Source: Acidobacteriota bacterium (GTDB taxonomy: Bacteria; Acidobacteriota; Thermoanaerobaculia; Gp7-AA8). Taken from it: 64,000 nucleotides of DNA. The notes under the pieces are model-generated. The model was not told the DNA's origin and made no database searches. It saw only the letters and a program-made list of their open reading frames with translations. The stretch spans positions 544,001 to 608,000 of the forward strand of contig JAFATB010000014.1 in the NCBI GenBank assembly GCA_019244185.1, read 5' to 3'. The translations under genes were made by a program, and so were the position numbers. This document shows, one piece after another, positions 44,401 to 53,051 of this stretch (position 1 is its first letter; each line of letters opens with the position of its first letter).

Positions 44401-47400
44401 TCGCGGCGAGCGGCCCGTTGTTCGTCACGGTGATCGTGTACGTGACGTTCTGTCCCGCGGTGACGCTGGGCGGGCCGCTCTTGATGAGCGAGAGATCGGC
44501 GTCGTTTGCGGTGGGCGTCACGTGCGTGGTCGCGCTCGCGGAGTCGTTCGAGTTGTCGGGATCGCCGGTCGTGCTCGAGACGGTCGCGGTGTTCGTCACG
44601 TTGCCGTTCAGCGAGACGTCGGAGGAGTAGGTCGAGGTGATCGTCGCCGACTGACCGGCGGTGAGCGTGCCGAGGGTGCAGGGATAGGTGCTCGTGCACG
44701 CGCCGCTGTTCGAGACGAACGTGAGACCGGCGGGGGTCGGATCGCTGACGATGACGTTGTCAGCCGTCGACGGTCCGTTATTCGTCACGGTGATCGTGTA
44801 GGTGATGGGCTGGCCGGCGACGGCGTTCGCGGGGCCGGTCTTGCTGAGGAGCAGATCGGCTTCGGCGATGACGGTCGTGGTCACGCTGTCGGAGTCGTTG
44901 GCGTTGTTCGCGTCGTTGGCGGACGACACCGTCGCGCTATTGGAGACGTTGCCGCCGCTCGCCGGCGCGGTCATCGAAATCGTGAGCGTCGGGAACTGCG
45001 CGGCGTTCGCTATCGACGACGAGGTCGTGCACGTAATCGTGGTCGTCGCGGCGCCGCAGCTCCAGCCGCTGCCGTTCGCGCTGACGCCGGTGGCGCCGAT
45101 CGGCAGCGTGTCGACGACAGTGATCGTGCCGCTGGTCGTGTCGGGACCGTTGTTCGTGATGGTGATGTCGTAGCTGAGCGGCGCGGCGGCGGTGACCGAC
45201 GCGGGACCGCTCATGCTCATCGCGAGATCGGCGCTGCTCGGCGTCACGACGGCGGTGAGCACGAGCGACGTCGGCGTGTAGTTCGACGTGATCGAGCCGT
45301 GCCCGCTCGCGTAGGTCGGGTAGTTCCGCGTGGCGAAGTCGCCGCTGCGCGACGCGAAGGTCAACACTGTAAACGTCTGGGCGTTGGCCGGCTCGTAGCC
45401 GCCGATGAGCGTGACGTCGTGCGTGCCGTCGAGCGTGGCCGAGCCGGAGACGGCCAGCACGTCGTACGACGCCGCGGAGGCGAGCTTCGTCGTCAGCGTG
45501 CCGCCGCTTTGCTGCGTGTAGCTGCCGGTGACGTTGATCGTGCCGGTGCTGCCGGTGTCGCCCGGCGCGACGTCGCCGCCGTTGTCGACGTCGCCGTCGA
45601 TCGTGCCGCTGCCGGTGAGCGAGCCGCCGCTCATCGCGAGCGACGACGCGACTTCGATGTCGCCGCCGTCGAGCGTGGTCGTGCCGCCGGATTGATCGTA
45701 CGTCGAGAGGAAGTTCAGCGTGCCGCTCGAGGCGAGGACCGTCCCGTCGTTGGAGAACGCGGCCTCGATGTCGCTCGTGCCGCCGCCACCGCTCTTCTCG
45801 AACGTCGCGCCGCTGTTGTTGTCGATCTCGCTGGCGAACGACACGAGATCGGCGGCGAGGCCGCGGTCGTGGTGCCGCGCACGCGCGGCGGCGGACGCTT
45901 CGTTCGCGACGCGCGCGGCGATCGGCGTCACGGCGCTCGCGTGGATGGCCTGGTCGGCCTGGATGTCGAAGGTGCCGTAGTTGTCGACGAGCGCCGCGTT
46001 CGCGAACGTGAGGCTATTCGTCGTGGCCGTGTACTGCACCGTACCGTCGTTGCGGAAGTAGAGTCCGTCGAGCGTGACGTCGGCGTTCGCGGCGTCGATG
46101 ACGAACGTGGCGTTCGTGCCGACGGTGACGCTGCCGCTGCCGTCGAGCGTGCCGGCCGACCACGTGCCGCTGCCGGTGATCGTCAGCGCGTCGTTGAGCG
46201 GCACGGTCGTGCTGCCGCCGTCGAACGTGAAGACGTTCGTGCGCGCATCATCCGCGAACGTCACGCTGCCGCCGCGCACCTCGGTCGTCCCGCCGACGTC
46301 GAAGTAGCCGTTGATACTCGCCGTGCCGCGGAACGTCAGCGTGCCGTCGCCGCCGAACGAGGAGCTGTTGGTGAACGTGTCGCTGCCGGTGAAGACCAGC
46401 GCATTGCCGCTGCCGAACGCGTTGAAGGAGCCGTTGTGCGTGCCGCCGCCGTCGAACTGCAGCGTGCCGCTGAAGGTGTATGCAGTGGCGTTGTTGTCGA
46501 GCGGCGGAGCGATGGTCATCGTGCCGGAGCCGCCGCTCTTTTCGAGGACGCCATTCGGCGCGACGAGGAACTTCGCGGGCGTCGTGCCGGCGATCGTGCC
46601 GTCGGTCTCGACGTCGAACGTGCCGTAGTCGGCGAAGAGCGCGCCGTTCGCGAGCTGCAGCGGATTGGGGCTCGGCTGGTAGTCGATGACGCCGTAGTTG
46701 TTGAAGGTCTTGTTGTCGAGCACCATCGTGCCCGCGGTGCCGTAGAAATCGGCGCTGCCGGTGCCCGCGAGCTCCGCGGTGCCGCTGCCGGTGAGCGTGC
46801 CGCCGCGCCAGTCGAAGAAGTTCGTGACCGACAGAAACCCGGCGCCGGTGAGCGTGCCCGCGGTCATGTGCAGTTGATCGGGTTGCGTGACGCCGCCGGC
46901 GGAGAGCGTGCCGCCGCTGATCGAGAGCGTGCCGCTGCCGTTGATGATGCCGTTCGGCGTCGTCGTGTATGTGCCAGACGGGAAGTCGAGCGTCGCACCG
47001 TTGGCGAGGCTGAACGGGCCGTCGCCCGTGCCGCCGCCCGACAGCGACAGCTGCCCGGAGCTCACCGTGACGCTTCCCGTGCTGCCGACATTGAACGCGG
47101 CGCTGACGTTGTTCGTACCGTTCGCCTGCGCGATGCCGTTGTTCGTGACGCTGCTGCTGCCATCGATCGTGCCGCCGTTCAAATCGAGCGTCGCGCCGTT
47201 CTGGATCGTGAGGCCGGAGTTCACGGTCAGCCGGCCGCCGCTCATCGTGAGCGTGCCGCCGCTGAGGCTCTGCGCGGAGCTCAGCGTGGCGTGACCGCCG
47301 CTCTGCACGTCGATGCTGCCGCTCGTGAGGGCGAGCGTTGCGCCGCTCTGGAGGGTGAGGTTGCCGACGTTTGCGATCGTGAGCGTGCCGCCGCTGACTT

Positions 47401-47755
47401 GCAACGTGGCGCCGCTGCCGATGCTGGCACCGCCCGCCAGCGTCAGCGAGCCGCCGGGCTGCACGTCGATGACGCAGCCGGCGCAGTTCAGGTTGAGACC
47501 GATGATCGGGTTCGGGATGGAGCTGTTGACGACGATCGTCGTCGGCGAGGAAGGGACGACCTGCACGGCATCCCCCGGCGCGCAGCCCGGGAAGCCGCCG
47601 TTCGGCGTCCAGTACGTCGTGTCGGTCCAGTTCGCCGTGGGAGGTGGCGTGCCGGAGCGGCTGTAGATGGTGGGAACGCAGAACGCGGCGGCGATCGCGG
47701 CGAGCATCAACGACGCGAGGGTGATGCCGGCTGAAACGTAAACCTTCCTCGACAT
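41462..47755 (-). CDS. 2097-aa secreted surface protein: beta-helix-like G/T-rich repeats, 4 DUF11 domains, FN3/BACON-like domains and two C-terminal uncharacterised modules
   Basis: Signal peptide; four ADL...GP...YTITVTNNGP units; KPWLSVTPTSG; duplicated IP.V...W.(S/T)D.R..N / YRTNLGL / TAY.SV.D module. Confidence 0.88.
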   Translation of the reverse strand: MSRKVYVSAGITLASLMLAAIAAAFCVPTIYSRSGTPPPTANWTDTTYWTPNGGFPGCAPGDAVQVVPSSPTTIVVNSSIPNPIIGLNLNCAGCVIDVQPGGSLTLAGGASIGSGATLQVSGGTLTIANVGNLTLQSGATLALTSGSIDVQSGGHATLSSAQSLSGGTLTMSGGRLTVNSGLTIQNGATLDLNGGTIDGSSSVTNNGIAQANGTNNVSAAFNVGSTGSVTVSSGQLSLSGGGTGDGPFSLANGATLDFPSGTYTTTPNGIINGSGTLSISGGTLSAGGVTQPDQLHMTAGTLTGAGFLSVTNFFDWRGGTLTGSGTAELAGTGSADFYGTAGTMVLDNKTFNNYGVIDYQPSPNPLQLANGALFADYGTFDVETDGTIAGTTPAKFLVAPNGVLEKSGGSGTMTIAPPLDNNATAYTFSGTLQFDGGGTHNGSFNAFGSGNALVFTGSDTFTNSSSFGGDGTLTFRGTASINGYFDVGGTTEVRGGSVTFADDARTNVFTFDGGSTTVPLNDALTITGSGTWSAGTLDGSGSVTVGTNATFVIDAANADVTLDGLYFRNDGTVQYTATTNSLTFANAALVDNYGTFDIQADQAIHASAVTPIAARVANEASAAARARHHDRGLAADLVSFASEIDNNSGATFEKSGGGGTSDIEAAFSNDGTVLASSGTLNFLSTYDQSGGTTTLDGGDIEVASSLAMSGGSLTGSGTIDGDVDNGGDVAPGDTGSTGTINVTGSYTQQSGGTLTTKLASAASYDVLAVSGSATLDGTHDVTLIGGYEPANAQTFTVLTFASRSGDFATRNYPTYASGHGSITSNYTPTSLVLTAVVTPSSADLAMSMSGPASVTAAAPLSYDITITNNGPDTTSGTITVVDTLPIGATGVSANGSGWSCGAATTTITCTTSSSIANAAQFPTLTISMTAPASGGNVSNSATVSSANDANNANDSDSVTTTVIAEADLLLSKTGPANAVAGQPITYTITVTNNGPSTADNVIVSDPTPAGLTFVSNSGACTSTYPCTLGTLTAGQSATITSTYSSDVSLNGNVTNTATVSSTTGDPDNSNDSASATTHVTPTANDADLSLIKSGPPSVTAGQNVTYTITVTNNGPLAANNIFVDDPTPAGVTFVANSGACTNSYPCGLGTLTAGQTATITSTYNVPASYASGSVANTATVSSSTPDTNSANNSSTATTTVTGPPPPPASADLAIARIGPSQAAPGDHVTFTITVTNNGPANATAVVVSDPTPAGLTFVSNSGACTTPYPCSLGTLNATLSTVITTTYLVSATTSTTIVDTSTVSGAEADPVASNNTRSSTLQIVTCPSDVPVLTSPAADAVVTSPVTFRWTPVAAATSYTVTIQGSGAPIVLTTFDPFVTAALPNGAYTARVTAIGDSGCGSITSTPSPFVVCNTPPKPVVSVVGEATTGQTYNVTWSSTDSSATFELQEATSDSFDDAVTFTVQGNTRAFTKNVDQAKRFFYRVRGVAACGQSAGFSAASSIVIVPLPDPRGVDHSVVAPAGSTHAVTFQVFVPGLPAGSTSFIATVDKPWLSVTPTSGIITPDGLLLTISADPTSLPNGTWTGTIFVVYGDVRVNDRLTSQGSTTLSIPISISLVTPVDPAPLTTPGSNALVIPAVGHLAGVNSNWQSDVRLANTGALAQQFRLSFNRGTGDPSDGVRETIVTVDAGATMALDDIVRNWYGIGSLGDSSNGTLVIEPLSADAALGAIVSSRTYNLASGGTLGQFIPAVPFRDFIGAATHSILALQQIAQNGSYRTNLGLVESAGKPANVLVSVFDGSGNRLLEVPVSLNAGEQRQLNGFLAANNLSLANGHVEVQVTDGEGLVTAYASVIDNASNDPMLASGVRLGSDGATRFIVPGVANLDTGIAHWRTDLRIFNSSMQPQPATLTFFPNDPAAPPSSQTLTVNPGEVKALDDVLQSFFGVANIGGAVHVTTPAPAPLIVTGRTYDETAGGTLGQLIPAVTPSEAVGSGERTLQILQAEQSVRYRTNLGLAEVTGHAATVEVSVVLPDSKITPVVTVPLAPFQSTQIPILTSFGLDNIYNARITVRVVDGDGRVTAYGSVVDMQTQAPTYIPAQ

Positions 47756-47861
47756 GGCTGAGCTCCTTCCGGGTCGAATGGCGGCAACGATGTGCGGAGG
47801 GGACCGGCCGCGAATCTATCACACGCAATGTGGCAGCCCGGTTGCAGTTGAGCGACGCATC

Positions 47862-49127
47862 ATGTCCCGCTCCGCGGCCGTTGCCACTCTCGCGTTTCTC
47901 CTTGCAGTTCCGGCACTTGCGGCAACGCGGATGACCTACGACATCCACGGCACGCCGACGCCCATCGAGTGGTCGCCGACGGCCTTTCCGCTCCCGTACA
48001 CGATCGATCAGCGTGTGGTGCAGGCCGACGCCGACGCGCCGGCGATCATCGACCGCGCGTTCGCGGCGTGGGCCGCGGTTCCCGACGCGCAGCTCTCGTT
48101 CCAGTCGCGCGGGACGACCAGCGGCTCGCTCACGCGCACCGCGGGCGGCGTGACCATCTCGCTCGCCGACGATCTCTTCCGCGATCAAGGCGCGCTCGCG
48201 TTGACGACGTACACCTTCGGCGACGACGGACGCTACGTCGACGCCGCGATCCAGATCGATCCGTCGCTCTTCCACGGCAACTGGAACGCGCAAATGGCGA
48301 TCGAGCACGAAGTCGGTCACGTCCTCGGACTCGATCACTCCGGCGTGCTCTCCGCGATCATGTATCCGTACGTCGCGACGGGAGCCGGTGCGCCGGTGCT
48401 CGACAGCGACGACCGCATCGCCATCGTGACGACGTATCCGAAGAGCGATCAGGTGCGCGACGGCGCGACGCTCGAAGGCCGCGTGGTCGGTGACGGCGGC
48501 GGCATCTTCGGCGCGCAGGTCGTCGCCCTCAACACGCACGGCGAGCCGGTCGCGACGGTGCTCACGGACGCCTCGGGCGATTTCACGATCGCCGGCATTC
48601 CGGAAGGACGTTACCGCCTCTATGCGGAACCGCTCGACGGGCCGATGCTGCCCGACTCGCTCCAGGGCTCGTGGCGGCAGGCGAAGGCGAACGCGTTCCC
48701 GACGAAGTTCTTCGACGGCGGTGCGATGGACGTCCAGAACGGACGCGTTTACGGCAATCTCATGCTCGGCGCCGCCGGTGTCTCACAGCTCAACCCGCGC
48801 TGGGTCGGCTGCACGAAGCCGGACGCGAACGCGATCAGCCTCTCCAGCGCGCCGGTCAGCGTGAAGCCGGGGGATACGTTCCGGCTCGCGGTCGGCGGCG
48901 ACGGCTTCACCAGCGGCATGACGCAGTTCGAAGTGACGAACCCCGCGTTCCGCCGCACCTCGGATTTCTCGTGGCAGTCGAACTACATGACCGCGACGTT
49001 CACGGTCGATCGCGACGCGGAGCCGGGCTCGGCGGTCATCCTCGTGAGCAGCGGCAACGAGACGGCGACGCTCACGGGCGCGCTGCGGATCGAGGGTCTG
49101 ACGAAAGCGCGTTCCGTAAGGCATTGA
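47862..49127 (+). CDS. Secreted matrixin-like (metzincin) metalloprotease with a carboxypeptidase-regulatory-like domain, ending in KARSVRH
   Basis: HEVGHVLGLDH plus Met-turn SAIMYP; TDASGDFTIAGIPEGRY; signal peptide. Confidence 0.88.
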   Translation: MSRSAAVATLAFLLAVPALAATRMTYDIHGTPTPIEWSPTAFPLPYTIDQRVVQADADAPAIIDRAFAAWAAVPDAQLSFQSRGTTSGSLTRTAGGVTISLADDLFRDQGALALTTYTFGDDGRYVDAAIQIDPSLFHGNWNAQMAIEHEVGHVLGLDHSGVLSAIMYPYVATGAGAPVLDSDDRIAIVTTYPKSDQVRDGATLEGRVVGDGGGIFGAQVVALNTHGEPVATVLTDASGDFTIAGIPEGRYRLYAEPLDGPMLPDSLQGSWRQAKANAFPTKFFDGGAMDVQNGRVYGNLMLGAAGVSQLNPRWVGCTKPDANAISLSSAPVSVKPGDTFRLAVGGDGFTSGMTQFEVTNPAFRRTSDFSWQSNYMTATFTVDRDAEPGSAVILVSSGNETATLTGALRIEGLTKARSVRH

Positions 49128-50100
49128 TCGCGGCATCGTCGTCCGGCAGCAGCGCGAGCCCATCGATCGTCTTGCGGATGCCTGCGAGGCCGTTCGCGAC
49201 GCGCGGCGTCTTCAGCGTCACCAGCCACCGCGGCTCTTCGAGCATCGCCACCTTCAGCACGCCGCGCCGTTTCCAGTCGCGTTCGCCGCGGATCTCTTCG
49301 ACCGACGCGATCTCTTCGAGCGGAATGGCGACGCTCCAGCGCAAACCGTAACGCAGCGTGAGCGCGTGCTCGTCGAGCGTCGAACGGCGCAGACGCAACG
49401 CGTGGTAGTCGCCGATGAACCAGATCACCGCCCATAGATCGAGCGCCGTCCAGCCCCACGCCGCCTTCGTGCTCCAGCGCGCAAGGAGGAAGTGCATGCC
49501 GAGGCCTTCGAAGGCGATCATCATCAGAATGCAGGCGACGATCGTTCCCCAGCCGCTGCGCTGGTGAAACGTGAGCGTCTGTGCCGGCGTCTCGCGCGGC
49601 TGCTTCCGCCAGCAGAAGAGCGCGTAGTAGAACATCGACATCTCGGACGCGATCGCGTCTCCGATGCGTCCGCCGGCGATCGCATGTGCGGCGGTCGAGA
49701 TGCGCGCGTACGGATCGTCGGTCGCGAAATCGTTCCGGCGCAACGCGGCGACACGACGCACCAGCGCGACGATCACCACGACTTCGACCGCCGACCCGAC
49801 GAACGTGCCGAGCTGATGGAGGAACTGCTGCTCGCCGCGCGGCACGACCAGAGCCGCGATCGCGGAGCCGACGAGGAACACCGGCGCGATCGTCAGCGGC
49901 CGCGCGTGGCCGGTACGGACGACGAAGAACCAGTACAGCAGCGGCAGCGTGATCGTCAGATCGAACGTCACGCCCCACGCGGCAACGTCCGGATTGCGCG
50001 CGAAGAGCGAGGTGTGCACGAGCGTCGCGCACGTCGCAATGACGAGCAGCGCGGCGGCGTAGAAGCGGGCCGAAGGCGAGCGAAGGACCGTGGAGCTCAC
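49072..50100 (-). CDS. Multi-TM membrane protein of unknown function
   Basis: About 7 hydrophobic helices, then LTLRYGLRWSVAIPL (bPH-like). GTG start inferred from an upstream TATCAT. Confidence 0.7.
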   Translation of the reverse strand: MSSTVLRSPSARFYAAALLVIATCATLVHTSLFARNPDVAAWGVTFDLTITLPLLYWFFVVRTGHARPLTIAPVFLVGSAIAALVVPRGEQQFLHQLGTFVGSAVEVVVIVALVRRVAALRRNDFATDDPYARISTAAHAIAGGRIGDAIASEMSMFYYALFCWRKQPRETPAQTLTFHQRSGWGTIVACILMMIAFEGLGMHFLLARWSTKAAWGWTALDLWAVIWFIGDYHALRLRRSTLDEHALTLRYGLRWSVAIPLEEIASVEEIRGERDWKRRGVLKVAMLEEPRWLVTLKTPRVANGLAGIRKTIDGLALLPDDDAAINALRNALSSDPRSAARP

Positions 50101-50138
50101 AATCAGATGATACGCGGGCGCGTGTGCGAGGTTGCGAA

Positions 50139-52835
50139 TCAGCGCAGCAGGTCGTCGAGCGGAATCTCGGCCGTGTGCGGCCGCGGCAGCGCGCGCGCCA
50201 GATAGGGGAGGATCGCCGCGGGCGGAAGCGGCCGGCTGAAGAGATATCCCTGCAGCAGATCGCACGCGTAGTGCCGCAGGAACGTGTACTGCTCTTCCGT
50301 CTCCACGCCTTCGGCGACGACCTTCAGCTGCAGCGTATGCGCGAGATTGATCACGTACGACACGATCGCGGCCGCGGTGTCGTCGAACGTCACCTCGCGC
50401 AGGAACTCCTTGTCGATCTTCACCGTGTCGATCGGGAAGTGCTTGAGATAGATGAGCGACGACTGGCCGGTGCCGAAATCGTCAACCGCGATCGACACGC
50501 CCATCGCGCGCAGCTCGCGCAGCACCGTCAGCGTCGACTCGAAGTTCTGCATCGCCGCGCTCTCGGTGATCTCGAGCTCGAGCAGATGCGGTGAAATGCC
50601 GGACTCCTCGATCGCCGAGCGCACCGTCGTCACGAGATCGCGCTGCTGTAACTGCACCGCCGAGATGTTGACGGCCATCCGCAGCGACGTCAGTCCTTCG
50701 TCGTGCCATTGCCTTAATTGCAGACAGGCGGTGCGCAGCACCCACGCGCCGATGGCGACGATCATCCCGGTCTCTTCGGCGAGCTCGATGAACTCTGACG
50801 GCGGCACGAGGCCGCGGTTCGGATCGCGCCACCGCAGCAGCGCCTCGACCGACGCGATGCGCCGGCCGGCGCGGTCGTAGATCGGCTGATATTCGAGCTC
50901 GAGCTGCTGCCGTTCGATCGCGTGATGGAGATGCTGTTCGAGCGCGAGCCGCCGCACGTAGCGCTCGTTCATGCTGGCCGTGAACAGCTGCGCCTGATTG
51001 CGGCCGAGCTCTTTCGCGCGATACATCGCCGCGTCAGCGCATTTGAGCAGCGTCTCGGCGTCGTCGCCGTCGTTCGGAAAGCAGCTGATGCCGATGCTCG
51101 CCGTGACGATGAGTTCGTGTCCTTCGACCGAGAACGGCTGTGCGAGCGAGTCGAGGATTTTCCGCGCCACGCCCGCCATCGCCTCGGTATTCACGACTTC
51201 CGGCAGCAGGATGCTGAACTCGTCGCCGCCGATGCGCGAGATCGTGTCCGACGCGCGCAGCGCGCCCTGCAGCCGCCGCGCGACCTCGGCCAGCAGCGCG
51301 TCGCCGAGCGAATGCCCGAGGCCGTCGTTGATCAGCTTGAAGTGATCGACGTCGAGATACATCACCGCCACGCCGACGCGGTTGCGTCGCGCGTGCGCGA
51401 CGGCGTTCACGAGCCGGTCGCGAAACAGCAGCCGGTTCGGCAGCGCGGTCAGCGAGTCGTAGTACGCGCGGTATTCGAGCTGCTTCTCGGTTTCCTTGCG
51501 CTGCGAAACGTCGCGGTAGTTGAGCACGACCGCGCCGACGCTCGTCTCGTGCAGCAGGTTCTGCGCGAAGCCTTCGAGCCAGACCCAGTTGCCGTCGCGG
51601 TGGCGGAAGCGCAGCTCGCCGTGGCCTTCGCCGGTTTCCGACGCCACGATCTGCGCGAAGATCGCGCGCGTGCGCTCGGCGTCGCGCGGATGCACGAAGT
51701 CGAACAGCGAGCGCCCGAGGAGCTCGTCATCGCGGTAGCCGAGAAGGTGTTGCGTCGACGAGCCCACGAAGCAGAAGCAGAGCTCCGCGTCGACCAGCGC
51801 CACGCCGCTCCAGCTCTTCTCGACGATCGTGCGGAAGCGCTGCTCGCGCATCTCCAGGCGTCGCTCCGCTTCCTTGCGCGCCGAGATGTCGTGGATGAAC
51901 GCCGTCAGCGTGAAGTCCGCGTCGCTGCCCGCCGGCGCGATCGTGACTTCCGCCGGGAACTCCTCGCCCGACGCGCGCCGTGCGCGGATCTCGAGCCGCC
52001 GCCGCAGCAGCCGGCTCGGCCGTCCCGCGCGATGCCGCTCGAACGCGACGCGCAGCAGATGCATCGTGCCCTCGGGAAAGAGCGACGGTTGCAGCGGCTG
52101 GCCGATCACGTCGCGCGCGGCGAGGCCGAACGTCGTCTCCGCCTGCCGATTCCACTCCGTCACGAGCAGCGAGCGGTCGACCGTGAGCACGGCGTCGACC
52201 GTCGTGGCGATGACCTGCCGCAGCCGCGCCTCGGAACTGCGCAGCGCGTGCTCGGTGCGGCCGCGCGTGATCGCTTCGCCGAGGATGTTCGCGGTCGAGC
52301 GGAGGAACGCCAGCTCGTATTCGGCGAATGTGCGTTCGTTGTCGGAGTAGGCGAGGAGCACGCCGAACGGACCGTACTGCGTGCGGATGACCACGCCCGC
52401 GCCGCTGCGGATGCCGTGGAAGTGCCGGAGATGCGGCGCTTCGAAGCGCGTCTCGTCTTCCAGTCGCGCGAACGAGACCGGGCCATCGGCGAGCAGCGTG
52501 AGCATTCCGATCGACTCGTCTTCCGCGCCGTCGCGGTCGCAGTGGAGGAACGTCTCGTTCGCGCCGAGCGCCGCGCGCACGCGCATGCCGCCGCCGGGTG
52601 CGAGCTCGAGCGCGCGACAGTGGCTGACCTGCAGCGTGAGCTCGACGAGCGCGCACGCCTGGCCGAGGAGCATCAGCGGATCGACGCCGGTGAGGGCGCC
52701 CTGGCCGAGCTCGGCGATGGCGGTTTCCTGCCGGTCGCGCGCCGCGAGCTCCGCGCGCAACGCCTCCAGCTCCGCGTCGCGCGCGTTGCTCCGGCCGTTC
52801 GGGAGCAGGTGGAGCGGCGTCGGCTGCTCGGGCAT
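50139..52835 (-). CDS. GAF-PAS-PAS-GGDEF-EAL c-di-GMP cyclase/phosphodiesterase
   Basis: DSLTALPNR, intact GGDEF, EALLRW, DDFGTG and VAEGVE motifs; two PAS domains and an N-terminal GAF. Confidence 0.95.
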   Translation of the reverse strand: MPEQPTPLHLLPNGRSNARDAELEALRAELAARDRQETAIAELGQGALTGVDPLMLLGQACALVELTLQVSHCRALELAPGGGMRVRAALGANETFLHCDRDGAEDESIGMLTLLADGPVSFARLEDETRFEAPHLRHFHGIRSGAGVVIRTQYGPFGVLLAYSDNERTFAEYELAFLRSTANILGEAITRGRTEHALRSSEARLRQVIATTVDAVLTVDRSLLVTEWNRQAETTFGLAARDVIGQPLQPSLFPEGTMHLLRVAFERHRAGRPSRLLRRRLEIRARRASGEEFPAEVTIAPAGSDADFTLTAFIHDISARKEAERRLEMREQRFRTIVEKSWSGVALVDAELCFCFVGSSTQHLLGYRDDELLGRSLFDFVHPRDAERTRAIFAQIVASETGEGHGELRFRHRDGNWVWLEGFAQNLLHETSVGAVVLNYRDVSQRKETEKQLEYRAYYDSLTALPNRLLFRDRLVNAVAHARRNRVGVAVMYLDVDHFKLINDGLGHSLGDALLAEVARRLQGALRASDTISRIGGDEFSILLPEVVNTEAMAGVARKILDSLAQPFSVEGHELIVTASIGISCFPNDGDDAETLLKCADAAMYRAKELGRNQAQLFTASMNERYVRRLALEQHLHHAIERQQLELEYQPIYDRAGRRIASVEALLRWRDPNRGLVPPSEFIELAEETGMIVAIGAWVLRTACLQLRQWHDEGLTSLRMAVNISAVQLQQRDLVTTVRSAIEESGISPHLLELEITESAAMQNFESTLTVLRELRAMGVSIAVDDFGTGQSSLIYLKHFPIDTVKIDKEFLREVTFDDTAAAIVSYVINLAHTLQLKVVAEGVETEEQYTFLRHYACDLLQGYLFSRPLPPAAILPYLARALPRPHTAEIPLDDLLR

Positions 52836-52959
52836 GTGCGGTTGGGCGAGAGTGTACGCGAGTCGGAAGCGGGGGCCGGATCGGAAGTCGGGAAGGAGAC
52901 AACGGCGGAGGCCGTTGAAGTGCAAAATAAGTTTTTTATCCGGTGTTTTCGGAAAAGAC

Positions 52960-52968
52960 TGCTATCAT
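52960..52968 (+). promoter_or_regulatory. Extended -10 element upstream of the giant adhesin
   Basis: TG-C-TATCAT with an AT-rich upstream tract, about 85 nt before the ATG. Confidence 0.5.
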
Positions 52969-53051
52969 GAACTTCGTCCATTTCCCCCGGGGTGAAGTGT
53001 GTCTCTCAGGAACTCCTGAGGGGGGCACCGGTCCTAAGAAGGAATTATACA

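Noticed and set aside
49072-49127. KARSVRH tail as an artefact of the 56-nt convergent overlap
   Set aside because: The overlap could constrain the sequence, but three other non-overlapping genes carry the same tail. I kept it as a motif instance with this caveat.
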